Assembly: GCA_951406725.2 (NCBI GenBank)
Contig: OX597824.1
Location: forward strand, 82,832,001-82,896,000
Source: Octopus vulgaris
Taxonomy: Eukaryota
DNA: 64,000 nucleotides
Direction of reading: 5' to 3'
Below the pieces are notes generated by a model. The model was given only the letters and a program-made list of their open reading frames with translations, was not told the DNA's origin and made no database searches. Each line of letters begins with the position of its first letter. Position 1 is the stretch's first letter. The translations under genes were made by a program, and so were the position numbers. Below are positions 41,502 to 55,077 of this stretch, in pieces.

Positions 41502-41761
41502 CTTATCTGCTTCGAGATTCACCGTTGCTAAAAAAAGATATACTTATGAGTGCGCGAGCGCTTGTGGGTGTCTGGCTGCACTCACACACGCACACACGCA
41601 CACACACATACACACACACACACACACACGTTCATACATGCATTCGTATGTATTAGTGTGACCTATTCATGTTCTTCAAAAGCCCTGGCACTCCCTCTTT
41701 CTCACCCCCACCCCCACCTCCTCCGCTCTCTCCCTGCCACTCTCTCTCTCTCTCTCTCTCT

Positions 41762-41804
<43 letters not shown>

Positions 41805-42215
41805 GCTGACCTGTCTTTCAAATCCACGACATACACCCCCAATTTAAAACAGGCAAGTTGAGGACATCTCTCGCTACAGTGGAGCGCTGTTTAAACAGCA
41901 GCAGCAGCAGCAGCAGCAGCAGTAGCAGCAGTAGCAGCAGCAGTAGTAGTAGCAGCAGCAGTAGTTGTTGTTGTAGTAGTTGTAGTATCATTAGAAAAAT
42001 AAACACACGCTAGCAACATTTAGCAACAGATTTACAAATTAGCAACAACAACAACTAATAACAATGACTACAGCAGACCCCTGTTACACAAGCAGTTAAC
42101 AACATAGCAAGCCAGTAAGGGAGGGAACGTCTATAGGCTCGCTAAAAATAGCAGCCAAATCTCATCCCCGCCCACATCCCCAAACATACACTAACGCTCG
42201 CGCGCACACATACAT

Positions 42216-42782
42216 TACCTATTTCTTTATTACTCACAAGGGGTTAAACATAGAGGGGACAAACAAGGACAGACATAGGTATTAAGTCGATTACATCGCC
42301 CTCCCCCCCCCCCCAGTGCGCAACTGGTACTTAATTTATCGATCCCCCGAAAGGATGAAAGGCAAAGTCGACCTCGGCGGAATTTGAACTCAGAACGTAG
42401 CGACAGACGAAATACTTATTTCTTTATTACCCACAAGGGGCTAAACATAGAGGGGACAAACAAGGACAGACATAGGTATTAAGTCGATTACATCGACCTC
42501 CCAGTGTGCAACTGGTACTTAATTTATCGACCCCCGAAAGGATGAAAGGCAAAGTCGACCTCGGCGGAATTTGAACTCAGAACGTAGCGACAGACGAAAT
42601 ACCTATTTCTTTATTACCCACAAGGGGCTAAAGACAGAGGGGACAAACAAGGACAGACATAGGTATTAAGCCGATTACATCGACACCCCCCAGTGCGCAA
42701 CTGGTACTTAATTTATCGACCCCCCCCCCCCCGAAAGGATGAAAGGCAAAGTCGATCTCGGCGGAATTTGAACTCACAACGT
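42216..42782 (-). mobile_element. Second head-to-tail trimer of family B SINE, 5'-truncated
   Basis: Junctions at about 42410 (one base change) and 42597 match the first array; all three units share the variant CAGACATAGGTATTAAG. Confidence 0.9.
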
Positions 42783-42965
42783 TACCGTCTTTAAATATTG
42801 AAGGGTGCTGCGTTGAATAACGTAGTCTGTGTGATACACATTATACAAAAGTAAGGGGTGATAGCCACGGCTGGGAATCCTTTTCTGAGCAAATGTCATC
42901 TCCATCAAAAACCTGACCTGTTGCTGAACAATAACAACAACAACATCAGTAATAGTGGTAGTAGT

Positions 42966-43031
<66 letters not shown>

Positions 43032-43129
43032 TGTTGTTGTTGTTGTTGTTGTTGTTCCGTAACAGAACATCAACGACTGTATAGCAACATGTTATGATCA
43101 TATCAACAACGAGGGGAATTTTCACTCAA

Positions 43130-43464
43130 CGTGGACGTTACGCTTGCTAGAAATAGTAACCAGCCACCACCTACCTCATCCATAAAATCGCATTCTTGCT
43201 GCATCACGAAAGGAAAAAAAAAAAAAAAAAAAAGGAGAAAAAAGTGTGGGGGGGGGGGGGGGGCGATACCTTAGATAATGCAAACCAAATCTTCATACAC
43301 TACGCTATTTGTTTAAAAAATACTATAAATAATAAAAAAAAAAAAAAGCGAGACGGCCACGGCTGGAATGGAATACCTTTGATCAAGTGACCCAGGGACT
43401 TTTAAATAACCAGAAGTCGTTACTGCAATAATAACATCGCCTACTACTACTACTACTGCTGCTG

Positions 43465-43496
<32 letters not shown>

Positions 43497-44345
43497 GCTG
43501 CTACTACTACTACTACTACTAAAAACAACAACAATTATATCAAGGATACCAGCATCGAGAACTGCTACGGAAGCATTCTAAGGGGTTCTGTGTACGTGGT
43601 CGCCCGACCAGCTAGAAGTAGCAGGCAAAACTTCTTCCTAAGGATCATACCTTAGCGCTATGAAAGCAATTTAAGCTATGACACATTTGCAGAATGAAGT
43701 CCTAGGTATACTTAGTGGCTGGCTGTTGTGACTGGAAATTTGAGACAGGATGGTCGTGAGTGGAACGTCGTTGATTGTAAAGGTTTGCTCGATCGTGGCT
43801 GGTTGACCTAGCATTAAATACAAACAACAACAGCTATAATTGCTACTGCAGCAGTGGACCTTCGACTAGCTAGAAATAATAGCTAAAATCCCTGAAACGT
43901 CTGCGCACCGACTTTGAAAACAATAAAAAGAAAAAAGAAAGAAAAGAAAAAGAAGACACTGAAATACATTTCTAGAAGTGGTACAAAAGTCGAGATGGTC
44001 ATGGCTGGAAGGCCCTTTGATAAGAAGGTCTACACACAAATTTAGACTTGGAACTAAATCACAACAAACAGCAGTAAAAAAAACTATAGTAGCACCGCAG
44101 GAGTCTCTACGTGGCTGTTCGATCCGCTAGAAATAGCAGTTAACTATCCCTCCTTCAAATAAGTGGACACGAAAAAAAAAAAGAAGTAAACATTCGTTAT
44201 AGTTTTTGTTTGTTTCCTGTAGTATTTTTTTTTTTTCCAATCGATTATACATTTCCTGGACGCAAAACAGATGGAATTGTCATGGTTAGATTGCCTTATA
44301 ATCATATAAGCTAAGCCCTGTCAATATTTTAGCTGGCGCTAAGAA
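43130..44345 (+). repeat. Cluster of 4 diverged copies of an old dispersed repeat (GCTAGAAATAGCAGCCAAA...GGATGGTCATGGCTGGAA...CTAAACAACAAC)
   Basis: Core motif at about 43147, 43611, 43869 and 44127. Other copies: about 8121, 8555, 12081, 12219, 32066, 42142, 53071, 61044 on the plus strand and 1914, 45135, 47575, 51349, 51625, 61686 on the minus strand. Confidence 0.75.
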
Positions 44346-44400
44346 GGAAAAAAAAAAACCCCAACAAAAACCCTAAAATACAATGACTAGTAGTAGTAGT

Positions 44401-44540
44401 CACTTAGCGGTTCGGGAAAAGAGACCGATAGAATAAGTACTGGGCTTACAAAAGAATAAATCCCGGGGTCGAGTTGCTCGATTAAAGGCGGTGCTCCAGC
44501 ATGGCCGCAGTCAAAATGACTGAAACAAGTAAAAAGAAAA
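44401..44540 (+). mobile_element. Family A SINE 3' fragment
   Basis: CACTTAGCGGTTCGGG...GGCGGTGCTCCAGCATGGCCGCAGTCAAAATGACTGAAACAAGTAAAAAG inserted in a (TAG)n tract. Confidence 0.85.
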
Positions 44541-44545
44541 AAAAA

Positions 44546-44607
<62 letters not shown>

Positions 44608-45183
44608 AGGGCCACCGACTGTAGGAATAGCAGTTAACTCTAAAAACTACTACTGCTACTACTATAGTAGCAGCAGTCCCCTAAAGACGAGTGATGTTTA
44701 TGTGGAAGACGAGAATAGGCGGAGGGAGGGAGGGAGGGAGAGGGCGTTAGACCAGGAAAAAAAAATAAGAGGGAGCCATGAGAAATGACTCCTTAATAAT
44801 AATAATAGCAAAATGCAATAGAATGCTGATGACGATGACGATGATGATGATGATGATGATGATCTTGGTTTAACTGTAAACTCGATCAACTCCGATCCAA
44901 CCGTGACGATCTCTTCTGTTTAGTTGCATGACTAAGACCAAAGTATACATACACACTCACACACACACACACGCACACACAAAAAAAAAACTATATACTC
45001 AATAATGACAAAGGGTAAAATATTAAGATAGTAAAATTAATTAATTTCTAAACTTTGGTATGTAAAAATCTTTGCTGAACCCTAATTATAAAGTATATAT
45101 ATATATATATATATATATTGGTTGTGGCCCTGGCTGCTATTTCTAGTGGGTCGAACGGCCTATTATAGCCGTTCCTCAATTAT

Positions 45184-45258
<75 letters not shown>

Positions 45259-45913
45259 TGCATGTATATATATACATACACTTTATCCAATGTGTGTTGA
45301 TTTTTTTGTATTTAAAATTAGTAAGGCAAGAGTTGGGTGTGGATGAAATAAGGATAATATGAGGGAGAAATTGGTTGCTATTATTAGCATTATCAATAAA
45401 CGAGTTTTTAAAACGACTCCCGAACAGCAAACGCAAAAAGTTAATAAAAACCTGGGTAGGAATTCGAACTAAGAAAGTAATGAGTCACAGCAAACCGAAT
45501 ATACTTTTGTTTGTTATTAGCGAACGTAGGATTGTGGAATCTCCTATTCCGCAATCCTTAACATTGCTCCCTCACTCAATAATAATAATAATAATAATTA
45601 ATTCTGGTTTATTGGCCACAAGGGCTTACATGGAGTAATAGTAATAATAATAATAATATTATTTATTTGCATAAGGCAATGGGCCCAGTCGCTTTTATCA
45701 GCCTCGGTACGTGGATAAGTACCTCGTTTCGTTATCTCCGATAAGATTTTAAAAGAAACAAAAAAGTGGGGGGAAATTCGCCCCGAGTATGATTCGAACT
45801 GAGACTATAGACGCACAGAAGTGAAGGTATTTTGTCCACAATCCATCATCCACAAAAAACAAATATTTGTATTAATAATAATAATAATTGTTATTGTTGT
45901 TATTATTATTATT

Positions 45914-46030
45914 AGCGGCGAGCAGGCAGAACCGTTAGCAACGTTCTGAGCTCAAATGTCGCCTAAGTCGACTCTACTTTTCATCCCTTTCGGGGTCGAT
46001 AAAAAAACAAGTACCAGTTGCAGTTTCCCC
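45914..46030 (+). mobile_element. Degenerate family B SINE
   Basis: AGCGGCGAGCAGGCAGAACCGTTAGC...TTTCATCCCTTTCGGGGTCGATAAA...GTACCAG; similar relics at about 9455-9560, 10115-10170, 14985-15050, 25975-26150 and 26660-26810. Confidence 0.7.
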
Positions 46031-46641
46031 ACCCCTCAAAATGTCAAGCCTTGATCCTATAATTGGCAGAGAATTGTTAGACACTTTATATCCTGAGTTC
46101 GAATCCTACCCAGATCAATTTTATTTATCGTCTTTCTGGGCTCGGTAAAAATAAATTACTGGTCGACCACTGGGTCGAATTAATCGCCTAAACACCTTTC
46201 CACAGATTTCAGAACTTATGCCTGGCCACATATTTGCAGGACAGAGTACGAGTAGTTTGTACTTCATTACATAGAACTCCGTGGACTGTTAAAAAGCTAT
46301 AGTTGACCTTGGCGGGATTTGAACCCAAAATCAAAAATATCGCTTGACAATAAATTAAGTCCGAAGCTTCTGTACGTAAACAGATTGTTGAGAAATGTTA
46401 GATTGTTGCTTTCAACCAAGAGCCGAAGCTGAATTTAATATAAATTAATGTCGTTATTACTTTTTTTTTACCCATGGGTTGTTTTAAATTCAGCCTTTGG
46501 TGTAAGTTTTTGTAAAGTAGGCGGGTGGGAGCGTATACGCGTATGCGTGTATGTTCGTCCATCCATAATCGCCCCTATTTTATTATAAACCATATATATA
46601 TCCGTATGTAAAATTCGTTTGAGCAGTTTATGAGTGCGGAC

Positions 46642-46704
<63 letters not shown>

Positions 46705-46731
46705 TAGAGAGAGAGATAGACAGATAGACAA

Positions 46732-46784
<53 letters not shown>

Positions 46785-47149
46785 TAGATAGATAGATAGA
46801 GAGATATGGAGAGAGAGACAGATATATTGACAGACAGAGAGACAGATAGAAGTATGTGTTTACATACACACACGCTCATGTGGGCGTAAGAGCGTAGAAA
46901 TATATGCATATATATATATATATCTGTGTGTGTGTCTGTGTGTGTGTCTGTGTGTGTGTTGATGTTTATGTTTATGGTCTTGAAACCGGTGCAGTTCGCT
47001 CTATATTCCTATATATAAAACTCGTAGCAATAGAAGTTGGACAAACAGATTTCTTGGGTCGGAATGACTGACTAAAAAACACTCGATTGTCAGAGCCTCC
47101 AGAGAGTCGCCAGAGTTCATTGACTGAAACCGATAACAGACAGACAGAC

Positions 47150-47246
<97 letters not shown>

Positions 47247-47263
47247 CAGACAGACAGATAGAC

Positions 47264-47314
<51 letters not shown>

Positions 47315-48116
47315 CAGAGAGATGCGCGCGCATCATGTGTGTGTTCATTTATACACAGTGTATGTGTGCGCGCGTTTGTTTATATGAAAATGCATTTGAT
47401 TGCATATAAAATGGTTAAGCATGCGTATGTAGCTTTGTTGTTTAGTTTCAGATCAGCTAGGTCATTCGAATCATGACCATCCAGTGTGAATATTTCAGTC
47501 GTTGCCGACTCAAGGCTGCATTATCCAACGTATTCTGTTCAAGACGGTTGAGTATAATCTATCTATAGGTGATTTGGCTGTTGTTACTAGCAATCAATTC
47601 GACCGACCACCTGCAGGCACCTTCAATGACTCGTGTGTGCGTTTACAAATAAACATGTATGCGTGTATGTCTGCGTGTACGCATGTACGTATGTATGTAC
47701 GTATGTATGTATGTATGTACGTATGTATGTATGTATGTATGTATGTATGTATGTATGTATGTATGTACGTATGTATGTATGTATGTACGTATGTATGTAC
47801 GTATGTATGTATGTATGTATGTGTATGTATGACGTATGTATGTATGTATGTATGTATGTATGTATGTATGTATGTATATGTGCGTGTATGCTAACTATAG
47901 TAATATGAACGCGTGTGTGTGTACGCGAGGGTATGTGTGAATGCGCATATATATTTATATTTATATATACGCATGAATGTGCATAAGCCTGTAACTGAAA
48001 TATATACAAAACAAGTGTTTATATGCGAACGTATAAATGGATGTTGAACGTGCGTGTGTGCAGTCGGGCGCAAGTAAGAAATGTGGGCGTGTATGTCAAC
48101 GGGAGTTTGACTATAT

Positions 48117-48195
<79 letters not shown>

Positions 48196-48250
48196 TATTT
48201 GTGTTAAAATATATAGAGATTATCGTATGTATAAACGCATGTGAGCGTCT

Positions 48251-48299
<49 letters not shown>

Positions 48300-48759
48300 C
48301 GCACGTTACTTCGGTAAAAAAACTCGTATATACACACATGTGCGTATATGCAAATATGTTGCTGCTATTGTTTATAACACATTCGATATATTATTACGCG
48401 TACGTGCATATTATTGCGTGTAGTCGAATGAGTACATACGCGAAGTCTGTGCGTGTTTTCCCGTAAAAAGCAAAGTAATTTATATTTATATGTATATATA
48501 TATATATATATATGGATATATATACATATCTGTATGTGTGTGTATAACCGTGTCTAATAAAATGTATCGTGTGTGTGCGTGCGTGAGTTTGTGAGCGTGT
48601 TGCATGTGTTTTAGATATATTAAAAAATGAAGTGTGTTCGTTAGAGAGCGTATGAATGTGAGTGTGCGTGTGTGTGTGTTTGTGTGTGTGTCTGTGTGTG
48701 TGCGCGCGCGTTATTTTTCACGCGTATTTGTGCCTCCCCGCGCGCGCGCGCGTGCGTGT

Positions 48760-50830
48760 GTGTGTCACAGAATGTAAATATAAACAAAATTTTCGAAATG
48801 GCGGGTGTGCTAGTGTATGAATGCGCATGTAAATTTGTTGTTGTATATGAAGATATTTCACACAAAAAATACGCGTCCGCGAATTAGAAATACGTGTATG
48901 TGTGCGTGCGTGTGTGTGTGATTTGTATATATACGTATATGTCGGCGTGTGTATGTGCAACCAAATGCAAACATAAAAAATAAATATGTTGAGTTCGCGC
49001 GTATATTGAACGAGCGTGTATACGCTGTATACATCGCGTAAAGGCAGTGACTATATAAATATGTGTGATTTGCACACACGCATTCATGCGCGCGCGCGTC
49101 TGCTACAAAATGTAAATACAGACACAAATTTGTAGTGCGTGTGTGTATGCATGCATATGTATATGCATATGATGTGTGCGTTTAGATATTTTTAAAGCGT
49201 GTGTATGTATGTGTGTATGTTACGCATGCATGTATGTATGTATGTATGTATGCGAATAAATGTATATGTGCGGGTGTGGCAGCACGTACGTATATGTGCG
49301 CGCACAAGTGCTACAAAATGTAAATACAAAACATTAATTTTTGGAGTGTGTGTGTGTGTGTGTGTGTGCGTTTATGCGTGCGCGTGTGTGTTTATGTGTG
49401 TATTTGCATGTACGTATGTGTGTGTGTGCGTTTTAGCATTAAAAATGAGAGTGAATGAGTGCATATATATATATATATGTGTGCGTTTGATGGAACACAG
49501 GTATGTGTGTGCACGCGTGTATAATCAAATGTAAAATGTAAATATAAACACATTTGCAGTGCGCGCCTATGTGCGTGTGTGCATGTTTATGAGTAAACGC
49601 GCGCGTATATGTTGTGTATGCGCGTGTATTTGTGTGTGTGTGTGATTCTGTGTGTGTGTATGTATATCTGTGTATGTGTGTGCGTATAATTAAATGTAAA
49701 TATTAGCAAATTTGTAGTGCGCGCCTCTGTGTGTGTGTGTGTGTGTGCGTGTCTATGAGTAAACGCGCGCGTATATGTTGTGTATGCGCCTGTATTTGTG
49801 TGTGTGCGATTCTGTGTGTGTGTATATATATGTATGTGTGCGTTTAAATATATTTTTTTTTAAATGGAAAACGTGTACGTGTGTGTGCATATGTGTGTGT
49901 GTGTGTCTGATCGTGTCATTGCACACACGCATATAAACGCGCGTGTGTGCAACTAAAGGAAAATGTAAACACGAATTTCTGATACGTGTAGGAGCGTAAT
50001 GGGTGCGTGCGTATGCCCGTGTGTGTATATGCGGGTGCGTATTTAATTATTAACGCAAACATGCATATGAGTATGCGTTCATATATGCTGTGCGTGTGTG
50101 TGCGTGTGCGTGTGTGCATTTAAACAATTTTTTTTTTAATGAGAGAGTGTATAAGTATGTGTGTGCGTGATTGCACACACGCGTAAATGCGCGTGCGTGC
50201 ATGCTAAATGTAAATATAAACATAGAGATTTGTGCAGGGCTTCCGTGTGTGTGTGTTTGTACACACATATATGTGTGTGTATTATAATGTGTACATTTAA
50301 ATATTTTAAAAAAAAGCAAGCGTGTGCATGAGTATATGCGTGTGTGTGTGCGTGTGTGTGTGAATGCGTTGCACACACGTATTCGTGCGTGCGCGCGCAC
50401 TACTAAATGTAAATACAAACATAAATTAGTGGTGTGTGTGTATGAATATATGTGTGTGTGCGCGTATATATATGTAAGTGAGCGTTTAAATTTCTGTTTT
50501 GAAGTGTGTGTGTGTGTGTGTGTAAGTGCCTGCAAAAACGTGTATGTGTGTGATTGCATACGCGTATACGTGCGTGCGTGTGTGCAACTAAATATAAGAA
50601 GAAACATAAATTTGTACTACGTGTGTGTGTGTGTGTGTGTTGTGTGCGTGCATGCGTGTGTGTATGTGTGTGTGCGTTTGATAATGTAAAACAAAACATT
50701 GAAATTTTAAAGCGTGTGAGCGTGCGTGTGTAAAATGTGTGTGAGTGGTCACACACACGTATGTGTGCGTGCGTGCGTGTGTGCGTGTGCTGGTAACGAA
50801 TGTAAATATAAACACGAACGTGTCTGTGTA
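48760..50830. repeat. Degenerate tandem array, about 200-bp period, with conserved AAATGTAAATATAAACA core
   Basis: Core recurs at about 48770, 48962, 49107, 49316, 49533, 49692, 49960, 50206, 50405, 50589 and 50799, separated by TG/CG alternating sequence. Confidence 0.7.
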
Positions 50831-50838
50831 TATGTATT

Positions 50839-50875
<37 letters not shown>

Positions 50876-50998
50876 ATATGCGCACGCGTAACGTCTGGAT
50901 GTGTGTGTGCGTGCGTATACGTATACGTACGTTCAAATGCATGTTTTTAAATGTACGTGTGTGTGTGTGTATGTTTGCGTGTGTGTGTGTATGTACGC

Positions 50999-51029
<31 letters not shown>

Positions 51030-51097
51030 CACGCGTGATGTGTGGATGTATGCGTGCATATGCGTGTGTGTATGTTCAAATGCATGTTTCTAAATGT

Positions 51098-51185
<88 letters not shown>

Positions 51186-51759
51186 TTTTCCACGTATGAA
51201 TGTTATTGTGGTTCAATCTCAGGTCAGCTTTGATTGGCTCGACGTATGACTAAAGGAAATCCAGGCATGCCCAACCCGTCTTTTCATTTATTATTTCCAG
51301 ACTACTAAAACGTCCTTTAGAAAACGTTAAGGGATTGGAGGAAGACTTGGCTGCTATTTCTAGCAAGCCAAGCGACCACTGCTGATTTGTGTATATATGT
51401 ATTTAGATATTTATGTATATACTTGCAAATATGTGTGCGAGTGTGTGTGTGTGTAATGTTTGTCGTTTAACCTCAGATCATCGCTGACTGACCAGACTTA
51501 TGATTAAAACCGTTCCAGCCATGGCTGTCTGGTCTTTCTTTAAGTACACAGCATGTCTAGAACCGTAATTCTCCCAGTGCGTTCCTCTCTTTCATAGGCG
51601 GCAGAGCGTGTTTTACAAGAGATTTGGCTGCTATATTCAGCAGATTGGGCGACACAGGAAAAACTCGTATATATGTGTGTGTGTGTGCAAACACATGTAT
51701 AACTATTAAATTTATGAAGATGAATGCATGTATGTGTTTATGTATGCGTTAATGTATTT

Positions 51760-51801
<42 letters not shown>

Positions 51802-52402
51802 CTATGTGTTCACACACGCATACAGTGAATTCTAAAAGGGTACGAGTGTTTGTATATCTGTATTTATTCATGCATGTGTGGGTGTGTGTTTTTGTATTTA
51901 TAACTAGCCTCTGTGTGTACGTGTGAGTAGACGTAAATCTGTGTCTGTCTTCATTTGTATAGGTGTGAGTGCGTCTGCGAAATATATGCATGTATGTAAA
52001 TGTACGGACGTACGCGACTTTGTGCATACACGTGTATGACTGAGTGTATATGTGTTTGTGTGTGTTGTTGTGTATGTCTGTATATGTATGATATATATAT
52101 ATATATCTGTGCATGTATGTAAGTGTATGCGTTGAGGTGTGTATTTGTTTACGTATATGCGCGCGAATGTATGGATTTTACGTGGGTATGGGTGTGTGTG
52201 TATATTTCGATGCGTGTATACGTGTATGCACGCGGGAGAAAGGCTGAATGTGCGTATGCGTGAGTGTGTGCGAGTGCGTATGAGTGTGTGTGAACGCGTG
52301 CACATGTGTGTGAGTGCGTGTGTGCGTGCGAGTGTTTGTGTGTTTACGCTTGTGCATGCGCGCGACTGCGTGTGTGTGTGTGTATCTGTGTGTGTGTGTG
52401 CA

Positions 52403-52442
<40 letters not shown>

Positions 52443-52594
52443 TGTGCGCGCGCGCGTCTGCGTGTATGTGTGTGCGTGCGGCGTGCGTTCAGCCAATGGA
52501 AAGGTGGAAGAAATGGCATGAGATTGTTGAAGACCAGAGAAGAGTGAGCAGTGGGGTGAGTGTGAGAGAAACAGAGAGAGAGAGAGTGAGAGAC

Positions 52595-52627
<33 letters not shown>

Positions 52628-53530
52628 GTCAGATAGATAGATAGACAGAGACAGAGATAGAGGCAGCGAGGCAGTGAGAAAGAGAGAGGGGAATACAAGG
52701 GAGACTGAAGGAGGAAGGGGGAGTTAGCAAAAGGAGCAGTAGCAGGATGGCTGGATCGGAAGATGGAGGGGGAGGGGGAGGGGGGAAAGAGCATGGCACA
52801 GAGGGAGCGGACGGGAAGTAAAAATATCCAAACATGTATAGAGATAGATAAAGAGTTCAGACGACGGATATGGAACGAGCAACTGGCATTAAAATATATA
52901 TCCAAAAGCATGTCTCTATCTCTCTCTCTCTTCCTCTCTCTCTCTTTCTCCCACCTCTCTCTCCGTGTCTCACACGCACGCACACACACACACACACGCG
53001 CGCTATTTCCTTTGCACTCTAAATCACCAATGAGTCAAAAAAGGGAACTACTACGTGGTAGCATGGCCTACTAGAAATAGTAGCTATATCTCCCCCTCAA
53101 ATAATTTTCTACCGTCTTCTTAAAAAAAAAAGAGAGAGAGAGAGAGTGAGTAGAAGCTTTGAAAGAAAGAAAAAATAGAATGGTCACGGCTGGAACGCCT
53201 TTGACTATTATAACCTCTGCTTTATCAAATTTGACTAGGGTGGAAAAAATAACAAAAAAATAGGGGGAACATAAAGGGCCCCTATAGTCCGACAAAACTG
53301 CGAATATTGTTTTGTTTTGTTGCTAAATTTTAAATAGATAAAGACAAGAGAAAATATAATATCTGATATATTGTTTGACTAAAAGGCGGGGTGGTCACAA
53401 CTGGAATATTTTTTTCATCATAGACCTACATACAGAAAAGATAAGCAATAATGCCTAGATTTCCTTTAGTTGTAGGTCTGGCCAACCAACACTGGACCTG
53501 GAGTTAAACGGCAATAACATTCGTACATGG

Positions 53531-53590
<60 letters not shown>

Positions 53591-53864
53591 GCACACACGC
53601 AAACACACACACGTACATTTAAAAACATGCATTTCAACATAGTAGTCAAATCTACAAATTACAATATAATGTCTTTAAAAAAAAAAAAGAAACAATAAAG
53701 TAGAAAGAATCCATGGGTCAATGTACTCTTCGATACACTATGACAACATTAAAAAAGACGGGATGGTCGTAGTTGGAAAACTTTCGATCATAGGCAACTG
53801 TACTGGATCAGGAATTTGATTAGTGAATAAGCAACAATAATAAAAAGTAGGATACAGGCTGTAC

Positions 53865-53900
<36 letters not shown>

Positions 53901-54090
53901 GATGCTTGAGCTATAGGAAATTATAATGGGGCATATCTGATCGTAGGACGGTCGATCAAGATTGACCTGTGGCTAAAAACATCTACAAGTTTGTGGGGCG
54001 ATTGGAGGAGAAAAACGGCTGCAAAGAGAATGTGTAAATTCAGCCCAAAGACATGGTCTGGTCGAGCAGGCATACATATGTACGCGCATG

Positions 54091-54133
<43 letters not shown>

Positions 54134-54373
54134 GTATGTATGTATGCATATGTATATAGCTTGTAAGAAGGCGGGCGGTGTATAGTCTTTTGGCTACCAA
54201 AATATAGTATTGACTTCTGTACTATAAACCACTCCAGCGCGCGCACACACACACATACACGCACTTACGCGCGCACACGGATATATACACATGTAAACAT
54301 ACAGTCCGTATACACGCACTACACACGTGTATTGATTGTGGTATTATGTACATCCATACATACACGGATAGAT

Positions 54374-54465
<92 letters not shown>

Positions 54466-54470
54466 TAGAC

Positions 54471-54529
<59 letters not shown>

Positions 54530-55043
54530 ATGATAGATAGATAGATAGATGCATAGATAATCCATTTTAAAATAAATTGAAAAAGCTTACTGATGTTTCG
54601 ACAAAAAAGAATCAGTCGTTGACATTGTTGTTGTTGTATAGTAATAGTAGTAGTAGTGGTAGTAGTAGTAGTAATAACCTCAGAAGCAGCAACAGTAGTA
54701 GTAGTAGTAGTAGAATTAGTTGTCATAGTTGATTGTTGTTCCTTCTCTTGGGTCCGTCGTTAATAATTAACCAACAGTAATAAAACTCCACGTTTAAGGT
54801 ATGTGTGGTCTGTATAAATTTCCCTGGACTTGAAGATGTTAATAATAAAAATAATAATAATGATAACACACCATCATCATCATTATTTATTTATTTATTT
54901 AATTAATTTATTAATTAATTTATATATATTTATTTATAATTGTTATTTTTAAATAATCCGCAGGCGTACGTACGATTGTCCTTCCCTCGTAAACTCAAGA
55001 TAGGTATGTATGTATGTATATATGTATGTATGCATGTATGTAC

Positions 55044-55077
<34 letters not shown>

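Noticed and set aside
48760-50830. CRISPR-like repeat/spacer arrangement
   Set aside because: Spacers are mutually similar low-complexity sequence and the repeats are degenerate.
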